Source: Thermoplasmatota archaeon
Lineage (GTDB): Archaea; Thermoplasmatota; Thermoplasmata; Thermoplasmatales; Thermoplasmataceae
Assembly (NCBI GenBank): GCA_023487765.1
Contig: JAMDBW010000052.1
Coordinates: forward strand, 1 to 53,428
Direction: 5' to 3'
Length of the DNA stretch: 53,428 bases
In this document: positions 1 to 9,847 of the stretch, piece after piece
Numbering within the stretch: position 1 is the stretch's first letter
How the letters are laid out: every line of letters starts with the position of its first letter
Translations under genes and position numbers: made by a program
The notes under the pieces: model-generated
Seen by the model: the letters and a program-made list of their open reading frames with translations, nothing else
Database searches by the model: none
Told to the model about the DNA's origin: nothing

Positions 1-180
1 CTGTCTGTCGCCGGACTCGCGCGTAAAGGAATATATCTTAGGGCGCAGAATCGCCAGGTAGTATCAGAGGAAGCTCCGGGAAGCTACAAGGACATAGATG
101 AAGTGATTGAGGCTGTTACCGGTGCCGGTCTGACCAGGCCGGTTGCAAGGCTGGTTCCGGTCGGGGTGGTCAAGGGATGA
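1..180 (+). CDS. rtcB: RNA-splicing ligase RtcB, C-terminal fragment (gene starts before the window)
   Basis: Frame 1 reads ...EEAPGSYKDIDEVIEAVTGAGLTRPVARLVPVGVVKG*, the characteristic RtcB C-terminus. Its stop overlaps the next ATG. Confidence 0.9.
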   Translation: MSVAGLARKGIYLRAQNRQVVSEEAPGSYKDIDEVIEAVTGAGLTRPVARLVPVGVVKG

Positions 181-1202
181 TCGAGGAATCGCCTAAAAGG
201 ATAGCAGGGCATATTCATATCGATGGTGAACTGAAAAAAGGCACCGCTGTATTTTCAGACGGTTCCATGGAATTCAGGGACAGTATCCATAATGACGCAG
301 TCCCAGGCACCTTGATCCCCGGGTTGATCAATGCCCATACGCACATAGGGGATTCATTTGTCAGGGATGTCCCCTTCGGTTCCATTCCGGAGATAGTTGG
401 TCCGGGAGGTTTCAAGGACCGGACACTCGCTTCAGCCGGCGACGAAGAACTGCTTCATGGCATGCGATGGGCACAGGGGATAATACTCAATTCAGGGACA
501 GTAAGTTTCATGGATTTCAGGGAATCGGGCCTTCATGGGGTGGATTTGCTGAGGAGTCTTTCAGGAGAGGTTCCCGGGCCGATTATTCTCGGGAGGACAG
601 ATGCGAGGAGCAACGCCGGAGATGTTCTCAGAATATCAGACGGTCTCGGGTTGAGTGCCATCAGCGATGACAATTACGATGATATTCTTTCTGCGAGAGA
701 AGAAGCAGGAAAACATGGGAAAATTTTTGCCATTCATTTCAGCGAGAACCTGAGGGAAGACATCGAAAAAATAGTCCAGCTGAAACCAGACTTCATTATA
801 CACTGCATCGCGGCTAATGATCATGATCTGGATATCTTGTCTGAAGAGGGAATCCCGCTGGCCATAACTCCAAGATCCAATATTTTTTACGGCAAAAGGC
901 CTGATTATTCCAGATTCCTCAGGCACGGCATAAAGCTCATGCTTGGTACTGACAATGTAATGGCAACTCCTCCTGACATATTTGCCGAGATGCATTTTCT
1001 GCATCTTTATCAGAGAGGTATCGTGCCAGTAAGCGCGAAGGAGATACTGAGAATGGTTACCGTGAATCCAAGGGACTTCCTGAGCAATTTCGGCGATTAC
1101 ATCCCTCCGCACATGGTGTTCTTTCCCGACAGAATGCTGAGTGAACAGGATATAGTTACAAGAGGTAATTATTTTCAGAGAAAACTATTAAAATTCCCTT
1201 AA
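177..1202 (+). CDS. Metal-dependent amidohydrolase (deaminase-like)
   Basis: PGLINAHTHIGDS (HxH), IHFSE and LGTDN metal-binding motifs. Confidence 0.85.
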   Translation: MIEESPKRIAGHIHIDGELKKGTAVFSDGSMEFRDSIHNDAVPGTLIPGLINAHTHIGDSFVRDVPFGSIPEIVGPGGFKDRTLASAGDEELLHGMRWAQGIILNSGTVSFMDFRESGLHGVDLLRSLSGEVPGPIILGRTDARSNAGDVLRISDGLGLSAISDDNYDDILSAREEAGKHGKIFAIHFSENLREDIEKIVQLKPDFIIHCIAANDHDLDILSEEGIPLAITPRSNIFYGKRPDYSRFLRHGIKLMLGTDNVMATPPDIFAEMHFLHLYQRGIVPVSAKEILRMVTVNPRDFLSNFGDYIPPHMVFFPDRMLSEQDIVTRGNYFQRKLLKFP

Positions 1203-1224
1203 TTTTTGAGGTCTCATAACAATA

Positions 1225-1231
1225 TTTATAT
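1225..1231 (+). promoter_or_regulatory. Putative TATA box of the surface protein gene
   Basis: TTTATAT about 20-26 nt upstream of ATG 1251, the spacing expected for a leaderless archaeal transcript. Confidence 0.45.
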
Positions 1232-1250
1232 CAATCGTTTTCCTTAGGCG

Positions 1251-4208
1251 ATGCACGCGAGGAAGATAGTATTGCAGAGAACAAGTTTAATTGCAGTGAT
1301 ATTAACATTACTAATGGTAGGGAGTGCATTTGCACTCATCGGAAACAGCATGGCTATTAATCCTCAGGTCGGAAAAGTCAGTTATAGGGTTAATTACGAT
1401 CTGAATGGTGGTAGCATTGGTCTGGCAAGTTCATCAACGGTTCTGAACATAACAACCCCGGCCGGCATCTTTGTGAAGAGCTATACGGGGAATGGACAGA
1501 CAATATCACTGCCCTATGGCAGCTACATATTCAGCGTGGGTCCAATCGAAACCCAGTCTGGTACAAAACTTGTTATTGCCAATGGAACATCAGCACTGGT
1601 TAACGTTACGCAGTCTACGCCAACAGTTTACCTGAATCAGACTGTATACAACACAAAAAATACAAGTGTCACACTGGTAGGTCTAATCACTGGTTCAGCT
1701 ACCGTGTCATTTGCCACGCCTCAGGGGTTTGTCTTCCAGCGGAATGTAACATCAAACGGTAAAATAGTCGCCAACCTGCCAATTGGTGGAAAATTCTTTA
1801 CTAATGTGGCATACGGCGGCTATGTTTATACCTTTTACAACAATACCACCAGCTCCGGTACACCGGCAACAATGACGGTGAATCTCATTGCCACCTCAAG
1901 CAAATACGGATACGTAGAATCCCCCTCCGGAAGCAGCATTAACAGCTTCAAAGTCGTTGCACTCAATACTTCTGCTCCCAAAACTTATACGGTAACTGGT
2001 TTCAGTGGAGGTAGCTTCCAGATCAATGAACCACAAGGGGCAAGCAATATCTATGTAGTGGAGGCAAACGGGTACCAGCCGTATCAGCTTAATATTAATA
2101 ATTTTAAAAACGGTAATATCGTAACTCTTCAACCCGGTAGCGGTAACGTGAGCTATAACTTCACCATAGGCAACAATCCAGGATACCTTAATGTGTCTGT
2201 AACTTACGATCTTTCCAATTCTACTACATTCCCGTTTGCTGGAAATTCGACAGTAGGTTCTCTGTACTGGCAACAGAAACTTGACACGAAGTTTAATACA
2301 ACTGTCCTGAGCTATATGGGTAATATTATCGGCAACTACACAAACAACTCTATACTGGTTAACGGATACAACTACAATCTCACATACGCTGGAACTGCAT
2401 CAAACACAACACTTCCCAGCAACGGCGAACAATTTAAGGTTAACTTCACCTACAAAAACCTGAACGCCTCATCTATTAACCTCAACAACGGTTTCAATGT
2501 AAAGCTCTATGCTCTCGGAACACTAAATCTTCCAGGAAGCCTGTATTACCATTACCAGTTAAAATACAATGCTTCAGGAGTTGCCCTTACCTCTCCAACC
2601 TCTGTCGGAGAGACATTCAAGAGCCCCGTAAATATCACTCCACAATCCCAGAATGGATGGCTTTCACTATCATTCAGCAAGCCGGCGCCACCAGTTGTGT
2701 ATGCATCTGAAATTAACCTGTTCTGGAGTGGAATGCTTTCACATAATTATCTGGTCAGCAGTTCCGCACTTAACACAACCTTTGTTGCACCGGTTAATAA
2801 GTTAGTGTCTTTCAACCTGTCACAGGCATACCATTCAGCAACTGGTGAGAGCTATCTCAAGGCGCTGAATTACACTTGGGCAACTGCTGCTACTGTTGCA
2901 GGTGAACACACTTACAATATGACAGCAAATTTTACAACAGTAGGCACTCATATGGTTAGTGTCACTTACATAAGCGCCTCCGGTGCCACAAACACTACTT
3001 ACTTCAACGTGACTACAATGTCTCCGGCATCTCCGAACCCGGCTCTGACGGTAAGTTCTACTGGAAAGACGCTGTTCACACAGCCCCCATCCACTAACTC
3101 AACATTCGCATTCGCCGTACCACAATCCAAAGCCATCAGTTTCAGTGCGTACGCTTCAAGTCTGTCTACGGGTGGTATTTCGGTTCCACTGTCTTACGCA
3201 TGGTATTTCCCGGGTGCAAAATACACCGGAGCCAATGTGTCACAGACCTTTAACACGCCTACACTTGGCGGAAGCAATACCACAGGATATCTCGATGTCT
3301 ACAGTGCAATTGGCCCTATGCAGAATGTAACGCTTAGCATACTTGTCAACGACACAACTCCTCCGACCCCCCAGATATCATTCCAGAATGTCACCGGTTC
3401 TTCCATTGCGCAACCGATAGCCGGTCAGATAACAAAATTCTCGGCAAACTTGTCAAGTGATACCTACTACGGAAAACTTAATTTGAGTCCAAAATCAAAA
3501 TGGACGGTCAACTGGACGATAGGTTACGTCAACGGCACACAAGCTCCTCAGGGAAACAGTACCTATGAACTCCTGCCCAACTTCAATAACCAGTCGCTCA
3601 CAAACCAGTCATACATAGTGGTCCAGTTCAACACGCTTAACAGCCTGGTAGTATCTCTTAAGGTCACGAACCCAGCCGGCGTATCTGCCTACAGCAACAG
3701 GACGGTATCGGTCATTGTCCAGTCTCCAAGGCTTGTAATCCAGAGTGTCTACTTCCCGATGACACCTTCTCAGGGTTCCGCAACCATAGTTGATGTAAAT
3801 GTTTCGAACAACGGAACAACAACCGCCAATAGCTTTACCATAGTTGCCTATGTCAACGGGAAGAATATCTCCTGGCAGAAGTACAGCAATAGCAGCCTGG
3901 CAGTTGGAGTTACCAAGGAGTTCAAGTTCAATCTGACATCTCCCAGCTCCGGCAGTGTCCAGTTCCAGTTCGAAGCCCAGAATGTCAGTGAACCACAGTT
4001 CTTCTTCAAGGCAGGTTCTCTGGCTGTAACTCAAACCGTGAACCAGCCAGCTTACAAGACTCCTCTTGTAATTGGAGTGGTTGTAGCGGTTATAGTTCTG
4101 ATTGGAGTTGCGTATTACAAGCTAAGTTCAGGTGGAACATCTTCGAAACCAAAGAAAGAAGCGCAACCCAAGACTCAGCTGAAGAAGCCGGAAGAAAAGA
4201 AGAAATAA
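1251..4208 (+). CDS. Large secreted, membrane-anchored surface glycoprotein with Ig-like (PKD/CARDB-like) domains
   Basis: Signal peptide, many N-x-S/T sequons, PKD-like YAWYFPG, CARDB-like VNVSNNGTTTANSF, C-terminal TM helix and Lys-rich tail. Confidence 0.8.
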   Translation: MHARKIVLQRTSLIAVILTLLMVGSAFALIGNSMAINPQVGKVSYRVNYDLNGGSIGLASSSTVLNITTPAGIFVKSYTGNGQTISLPYGSYIFSVGPIETQSGTKLVIANGTSALVNVTQSTPTVYLNQTVYNTKNTSVTLVGLITGSATVSFATPQGFVFQRNVTSNGKIVANLPIGGKFFTNVAYGGYVYTFYNNTTSSGTPATMTVNLIATSSKYGYVESPSGSSINSFKVVALNTSAPKTYTVTGFSGGSFQINEPQGASNIYVVEANGYQPYQLNINNFKNGNIVTLQPGSGNVSYNFTIGNNPGYLNVSVTYDLSNSTTFPFAGNSTVGSLYWQQKLDTKFNTTVLSYMGNIIGNYTNNSILVNGYNYNLTYAGTASNTTLPSNGEQFKVNFTYKNLNASSINLNNGFNVKLYALGTLNLPGSLYYHYQLKYNASGVALTSPTSVGETFKSPVNITPQSQNGWLSLSFSKPAPPVVYASEINLFWSGMLSHNYLVSSSALNTTFVAPVNKLVSFNLSQAYHSATGESYLKALNYTWATAATVAGEHTYNMTANFTTVGTHMVSVTYISASGATNTTYFNVTTMSPASPNPALTVSSTGKTLFTQPPSTNSTFAFAVPQSKAISFSAYASSLSTGGISVPLSYAWYFPGAKYTGANVSQTFNTPTLGGSNTTGYLDVYSAIGPMQNVTLSILVNDTTPPTPQISFQNVTGSSIAQPIAGQITKFSANLSSDTYYGKLNLSPKSKWTVNWTIGYVNGTQAPQGNSTYELLPNFNNQSLTNQSYIVVQFNTLNSLVVSLKVTNPAGVSAYSNRTVSVIVQSPRLVIQSVYFPMTPSQGSATIVDVNVSNNGTTTANSFTIVAYVNGKNISWQKYSNSSLAVGVTKEFKFNLTSPSSGSVQFQFEAQNVSEPQFFFKAGSLAVTQTVNQPAYKTPLVIGVVVAVIVLIGVAYYKLSSGGTSSKPKKEAQPKTQLKKPEEKKK

Positions 4209-4211
4209 TTT

Positions 4212-5870
4212 TTACATTTCTTCCAAAATTTTTATTCCCATAATATTAGACGCGTCTTTTACTATATTTTTGTATAAGTGTATTATAAGTACCCTCTTTG
4301 ATCTATCTTCTTCCTTCGCGTTCACCACAGGGCAGTTAGTGTAAAAATCATTGAACTTTCTCGTTAGCTCAAGAAGGTAATTGGCCACGCTTTCCGGTTT
4401 CAGTCCCCTTAATGCCTCTTCAAGGGCATATGGATACAAGTACATCTGCCGGATCAGTGCAGACTCATTGCCGTCATATTCCTGAGAAATGGCAGCTTCA
4501 GGATTTTCCAGTTTCCGGAGAATGCTTGCCGCCCTCGCGTACGAGTACATTACAAACGGTGCGGAATCGCCTTCCAGGCTGAGAGCTTCAGACCATTTGA
4601 ATACCAGTGTCTTGTTTGCATTCAATTTCACAAGCTGGAATCTGATTGCCGAGATCGCAACACTGTCGGCAATCTCATCCAGTCTGTCAGCCGGCAGGTC
4701 AGGTCTTTTTTCCTTCACCACTTTCAGGGATTCCTCCATAGCACGTTCCACGAGTTCATCCAGCGTGACCATATTCCCCTTCCTGGTGGACATTTTTCCC
4801 GACTCCAGTGACACATATGAATAATACACGAAGTCAAGCCTGTGGTCAATTCCCATGAGATCCTTCAGGACGTACTCAAGGTGTTTCATGTGCTCCTTGT
4901 GATTCTCTCCAAGCACATTTATGAGCCAGTCAAAATTCTGGAATTTGTAAAGGTGATATGCAATGTCTCTGGAAAAATACAGCGATGTGCCGTCGCTTCT
5001 CGTGAGGAACATCTTCCTGTCGAGGCTTGTTACGTATCTGGCCCCGTCCTCCTCCTGCAGTTCCTCATCCAGGTTTTCAAGGACTCTCCCAACATCTCCG
5101 GCTCTGATGAGATCGGATTCCCAGGTATAGTCATCGATCTTGATCCCTATCCTGCCAAGTGATTCAGTGATGCTGTTCAGTATCACGGTGCAAATCATCC
5201 TGATGTTCCGGATCGTATCCGGATCCCCCTTCTCGTACTGACGGATGATCTCGTCAACTTCCTCCTGCAGTGAATGATCCTTTTCAAGGGCGTCATTCAC
5301 TCTCCTGTATCCGTCCAGGAGTTCGTTCACATTGGGAGTACTGTCTGCGACGTACCTTTTGTATCCGGCAAAAAGCGTAGCCACCTGTTTCCCGGAATCA
5401 TTTATGAAATACTGTGTGGTAACTCTGTAACCGTATCTTGAAACCAGTCTGGCAAGAGAATCCCCGATAATGGAGTTGCGTATCCTTCCGATGTGTATGG
5501 GGCCGGTCGGGTTCGTGCTGGTGTGTTCAACTGACACTCTCTCCGGTTCCTGAAAAGTGTCCGGATACAGGCCGGTGCCGTCTATCTCCTTCTTCATGGC
5601 CTGCATCATTTTTTCTCGCCTGATCGTGAAATTTATGTATCCGCCGACAGGTTCTATTTTCTCGATAAAATCCTCTTTTCCCAGAGCCTCCGTTATCTGT
5701 CTGCTGATGTCCTCAATGGAGACTTTCTGTTCCTTCATAATCTGGAAGGATCTCAGGGTGAAATCTCCATGTCCGCTCCTGTCAAGAGCCAGATCAGTTC
5801 CTTTCAATCCCGGGAAAATCGTTTTCAATATCTCGAAGATCCTCTTCCAGTAGTCGTCAAAAAGGAGCAT
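4212..5870 (-). CDS. argS: Arginine--tRNA ligase
   Basis: VEHTSTNPTGPIHIGRIRN (HIGH region), KMSTRKG, GDSAPFVMYSYARAASI and the C-terminal EEM. Confidence 0.97.
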   Translation of the reverse strand: MLLFDDYWKRIFEILKTIFPGLKGTDLALDRSGHGDFTLRSFQIMKEQKVSIEDISRQITEALGKEDFIEKIEPVGGYINFTIRREKMMQAMKKEIDGTGLYPDTFQEPERVSVEHTSTNPTGPIHIGRIRNSIIGDSLARLVSRYGYRVTTQYFINDSGKQVATLFAGYKRYVADSTPNVNELLDGYRRVNDALEKDHSLQEEVDEIIRQYEKGDPDTIRNIRMICTVILNSITESLGRIGIKIDDYTWESDLIRAGDVGRVLENLDEELQEEDGARYVTSLDRKMFLTRSDGTSLYFSRDIAYHLYKFQNFDWLINVLGENHKEHMKHLEYVLKDLMGIDHRLDFVYYSYVSLESGKMSTRKGNMVTLDELVERAMEESLKVVKEKRPDLPADRLDEIADSVAISAIRFQLVKLNANKTLVFKWSEALSLEGDSAPFVMYSYARAASILRKLENPEAAISQEYDGNESALIRQMYLYPYALEEALRGLKPESVANYLLELTRKFNDFYTNCPVVNAKEEDRSKRVLIIHLYKNIVKDASNIMGIKILEEM

Positions 5871-5920
5871 GATCGCTCATTGTGAGTGCTTATAAGACTA
5901 TTTCTATGTTCCTGCAGGCT

Positions 5921-7027
5921 TTATGGTACGGAGGAGGGATTGTACTCGTACTGTTCCGTGAACGCCCTCAATCCTGAGACAATCCTGTCCCGTTCCATCT
6001 CAAATTTTTCCGGTTTACCGGCCCCCTCCGGAACAACGAAGGATAATTTTCTCAGGTCGATCTGGAATCTTTCCGCAAGGGATTTCAATATATTATCCGT
6101 TCCAATTTCTTTTATGCTGCTCTTTTTCAGGGAATAGCGATCCATCATTGATTTCATGTTTTCCCTTGTTTCTTTTCCCGATATGCCGGATCTCTCTCCA
6201 AGGAACGATTCCAGCATCATTCCCGCCATTATGGCCTCATAGTATTTTGCGCGATTCCTGGACACGTGAAGTATGGTGTCACCGATGATCCTGCCAAAGC
6301 ACAGGGCTTTCCTGTGAAGTTCATCGCTGCTGCCCGCAAGCTCCGATCTCGTCTGGATACTCCTGGATATCAGTCTCACGAGACCGTCACTCTCCTTCAG
6401 GGTCTTCAGATCCTCGGTGTTGCTGAGCATGCTTATCAGTGAATGGTCACCAAGCAGTCCGTATCTGATGATCTCGGATACGCCATCCTTGAAATGTTCA
6501 TTATCCGAATGTCTGGTAAAATGAGTATCAATTATGACTTCTTTTGGAGAATACTTCGTTGACATGACATCCTCAAAGTTTGAGAAGTTTATTCCGTTGA
6601 TGCCGGAAATGGCATTTGAGATCTGGGCAAGAGGGACAGCCGGAACCGGGACGTAGTCGATGCCTCCCCTGAATGTGCATGCTACAAAGCCGGATATGTC
6701 GCATACAGAGGATCCTCCTATTGCAACGATCAGGGAATCCGCCGAAATGTTTCTCTCGATCATGACCCTGATTATTTTCTGGTAATTCCTTATGTTCTTG
6801 AGGTTATCGTCATAATTCAGCATGACTTTTGTGAGTTCTCCCCTGATTCCGCCGAGATCCGGCAGGTGTTCAGAGAAGGTTTCGACGGTGTCGCTTCCGG
6901 TGATCAGTACAACTCTGTCATATCTCTCCGAAATCTCCACAATCCTGTCTATTGTTCGTTCGCCAACCGATACAGGAACGTCTGCGCCATTTATGTTCAG
7001 GCTTATTCGCTCAGAGTTGCCGGCCAT
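5921..7027 (-). CDS. 3-dehydroquinate synthase (AroB)-like protein with a degenerate active site
   Basis: DHQS layout (AIGGSSVCDISGFVA..FRG, P..VIID, G.SEIIRY), but the catalytic and Zn residues are substituted. Confidence 0.75.
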   Translation of the reverse strand: MAGNSERISLNINGADVPVSVGERTIDRIVEISERYDRVVLITGSDTVETFSEHLPDLGGIRGELTKVMLNYDDNLKNIRNYQKIIRVMIERNISADSLIVAIGGSSVCDISGFVACTFRGGIDYVPVPAVPLAQISNAISGINGINFSNFEDVMSTKYSPKEVIIDTHFTRHSDNEHFKDGVSEIIRYGLLGDHSLISMLSNTEDLKTLKESDGLVRLISRSIQTRSELAGSSDELHRKALCFGRIIGDTILHVSRNRAKYYEAIMAGMMLESFLGERSGISGKETRENMKSMMDRYSLKKSSIKEIGTDNILKSLAERFQIDLRKLSFVVPEGAGKPEKFEMERDRIVSGLRAFTEQYEYNPSSVP

Positions 7028-7196
7028 GAAAATACACTGAAGATAAATGGTATTACAACAATATATAATTATGTCCTAATTTCAATGGAATCAATGACGG
7101 AAGTCATGAAGCCTTCACTGACCAGCGAAAAAAATTTCAGAAATGCTACTGTAAGAACATTTTAATAAGTTGATAAAATGCGCAGACCCGTAGCTA

Positions 7197-9071
7197 ATGG
7201 TATTTCAAGGATCAAAAAAATTCAGGAATCTCGCGCAGAACGGATACCTTAAGATTTCTAACCATGGTATGATCGCAAATAACAGGACAGCAGCTTTGGT
7301 GGGATTGAACGGGACAATAGACTGGGCTTGTCTTCCCAATTTCAACTCCGCCCCTGTTTTTGACTCAATACTTGACAGGAACAAAGGCGGTTATTTCTCC
7401 GTAAGGCCGCACGAAGCGGAGGACCTTGAGGTTATCCAGTATTACAAGGAATTTACGAATGTACTGATCACAGAATTCCTCAGGGACACGAAGATTATAC
7501 TCAGGATAACAGATTTCATTCCGGTATCAGATTATCCGACGATCAGTTTCCCGGAGATACACAGGCTCGTTGAGACCCTTTCGGAGGATGTGGCAGTAGA
7601 AGTGGGTTTCAAAGCCACTCTCAACTACGGGAGAGATCCTGTTCATCTGGAGGCCCGCAAGAACGGATTCATATTCCAGTCTGTCAGTTCCAACGTAGGA
7701 ATAGCAGGCGAAATACCCCTCAAGATATCCGGCAGCAAAGTTGCCAGTGTAGAGAAAATTCCCAGGCGGTCGGCAAGATGGCTTATCGCTTTGCAGGGGA
7801 TATCCCACCTGGACAAGATAAGCGATTACAAGTCGTTCCAGAGAATGGAAGAAACCATTGAATACTGGCAGACGTGGAGCGCCATAAGCAAGTACAAAGG
7901 GCTCTACAACAATGATGTCAACAGATCCGCGCTGATGCTGAAGGGTCTTTTCTACGAACCGACCGGGCTGATGGTGGCTGCACCCACTGCGAGCCTGCCT
8001 GAGTGCATAGGCAGCGAGAGGAACTGGGATTACAGATTCACGTGGATCAGGGATACGGCCTATGTAATCGAAGCGCTGGCAATGATCGGTTATAAACACG
8101 AGGCCACAAAGTTCCTCTATGATATGATGGAGCTAATTGAGCGGGAAAAGAAGGTCAGGACGATATATTCAATCAACCAGAGCAATGATCTGGAAGAGAT
8201 GGAACTTGACTACGAAGGATACATGGGGTCAAAGCCGGTCAGAATAGGGAACAAAGCCTCCACCCAGTTGCAGGTCGATCAGTTCGGTTCCATTGTCAAT
8301 GCCATACATTCCCTGAGCGAAGCCGGCGGAATTATCAACTCATATTTGTGGAATTTCGTGGGGGAGACTCTGGACAGCCTTGATGAATTATGGAAAATGC
8401 CGGATTCAAGCATATGGGAATTCAGGACTGAACCGAAACACTATGTTTATTCCAAGGTAGTCTCATGGTCCGCATTCAACCAGGCAATTGAGATGGGCAA
8501 AGAACAGGGTTTTTCCGGGCCGTACAGGAAGTGGAAAGCCATAGCCGACGGGATCAAGGATGATATCATAAAGAACGGATACAATGAGGAACTGAACTCG
8601 TTCACACAGTATTACGGCTCAAGAGAAACTGATTCTTCACTCCTCAGGATGCCTCTGCTGGATTTCCTTCCGGCGAATGACAGGAGGATCAGGGGAACAA
8701 TAGGGAAGATAGAAAAAGACCTGAGGATCACAGACAACCTGTTCAGGAGATACAGGGAAGATGACGGCCTCAACGGAGAGGATAACGCATTCCTGCTGCT
8801 GTCATTCTGGTATGTCGAGGTTCTCCTGAAGATGGGAAAAACAAATGATGCGAAGGAAGTTTTCGATTCTCTCCTGGATCGGGCGAACTATGTCGGTCTC
8901 CTTGCGGAAGAGATCGATTTCAGGACGGGTGATCAGCTTGGTAATTTCCCGCAGGCAATAACGCATCTCGGTGTAATAAGGGGAGCAATAATGCTTAATT
9001 CCGTGCTGAAGAATGGCAAGAGAACGAACGGCAGGAAGCCGGTAAAATCTTATGATCCGGGCAGGTCGTAG
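7197..9071 (+). CDS. Glycoside hydrolase family 15, trehalase-like
   Basis: AAPTASLPE..G.ERNWDYRFTWIRD, DSSIWEFR and GNFPQAITH motifs. Confidence 0.9.
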   Translation: MVFQGSKKFRNLAQNGYLKISNHGMIANNRTAALVGLNGTIDWACLPNFNSAPVFDSILDRNKGGYFSVRPHEAEDLEVIQYYKEFTNVLITEFLRDTKIILRITDFIPVSDYPTISFPEIHRLVETLSEDVAVEVGFKATLNYGRDPVHLEARKNGFIFQSVSSNVGIAGEIPLKISGSKVASVEKIPRRSARWLIALQGISHLDKISDYKSFQRMEETIEYWQTWSAISKYKGLYNNDVNRSALMLKGLFYEPTGLMVAAPTASLPECIGSERNWDYRFTWIRDTAYVIEALAMIGYKHEATKFLYDMMELIEREKKVRTIYSINQSNDLEEMELDYEGYMGSKPVRIGNKASTQLQVDQFGSIVNAIHSLSEAGGIINSYLWNFVGETLDSLDELWKMPDSSIWEFRTEPKHYVYSKVVSWSAFNQAIEMGKEQGFSGPYRKWKAIADGIKDDIIKNGYNEELNSFTQYYGSRETDSSLLRMPLLDFLPANDRRIRGTIGKIEKDLRITDNLFRRYREDDGLNGEDNAFLLLSFWYVEVLLKMGKTNDAKEVFDSLLDRANYVGLLAEEIDFRTGDQLGNFPQAITHLGVIRGAIMLNSVLKNGKRTNGRKPVKSYDPGRS

Positions 9072-9167
9072 CTTCTTATATCCTTTATAAAAGCCGATTT
9101 CAACTCATTTTCTCATTTTGCCGTGAAGCTATGCCGCTTAATATATATCAATCCATAAACAGGATGG

Positions 9168-9596
9168 ATGCACGGCACTATGAGGATATTCCGCACGGCG
9201 GAATTCAGTATAAGCAATTTCGAGGAATTCCTTAACCTGTTCATAGAGGATTTCCAGAATGTCCATTTCCTTATGTCGGACGGCATAATGCTGGATTTCA
9301 GGAAAATTTTTCCCGAAGCCATGCTGCAGAGAATAATGGTGCAGAGAATCCTGACATGCTACCAGCTTCAGAAAATACTCATGGATTCCGGCGAAAATCC
9401 GCATTACATATCCGCTACCTCATCGGTTATGGAATCATGGCCTTCCAGGATAATTGAGAGTATCCACGACATAATGAAAATAAAGGCTTATTACAGGGGG
9501 ACCGTGATATTTTTCAACGTTGTCGGGAACGGGGGCGTTTTCGAGAAATATCTTGGAAGAAGGATACTGCCGGCAGGTATTCCGGGGTGGAGATGA
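9168..9596 (+). CDS. Truncated, inactivated RadA-like protein of the PolB2 operon
   Basis: VQRILTCYQL resembles the RadA 'RA(F/Y)..yQ' segment; no Walker A; first gene of the three-gene PolB2 cassette. Confidence 0.6.
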   Translation: MHGTMRIFRTAEFSISNFEEFLNLFIEDFQNVHFLMSDGIMLDFRKIFPEAMLQRIMVQRILTCYQLQKILMDSGENPHYISATSSVMESWPSRIIESIHDIMKIKAYYRGTVIFFNVVGNGGVFEKYLGRRILPAGIPGWR

Positions 9597-9604
9597 GTTA
9601 ACTC

Positions 9605-9847
9605 ATGGGGCGCACCATACCAACTATGAGGCAGAGCATGGAAATCCTTTCGGCAAGGATTCAGAAGATGTCGCAGATAATGAGATCGGAGGACATCGAC
9701 CTGATCAGCAGCATGATGCTTAAGGGCAGGAAACATGCGCATGAAATCTCATATTCCGGCCTTGATACGGAATTCGGGTTTATTCTGTCAATTCTTCTGG
9801 AGATGGAAAAAGAGCTGAAACGCATCCGGGAGTCCATGGATGGATGA
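9605..9847 (+). CDS. Small helical PolB2-associated protein (arCOG07300-like)
   Basis: MGRTIPTMR N-terminus, overlap with the polB2 start, and the known PolB2 operon layout. Confidence 0.7.
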   Translation: MGRTIPTMRQSMEILSARIQKMSQIMRSEDIDLISSMMLKGRKHAHEISYSGLDTEFGFILSILLEMEKELKRIRESMDG

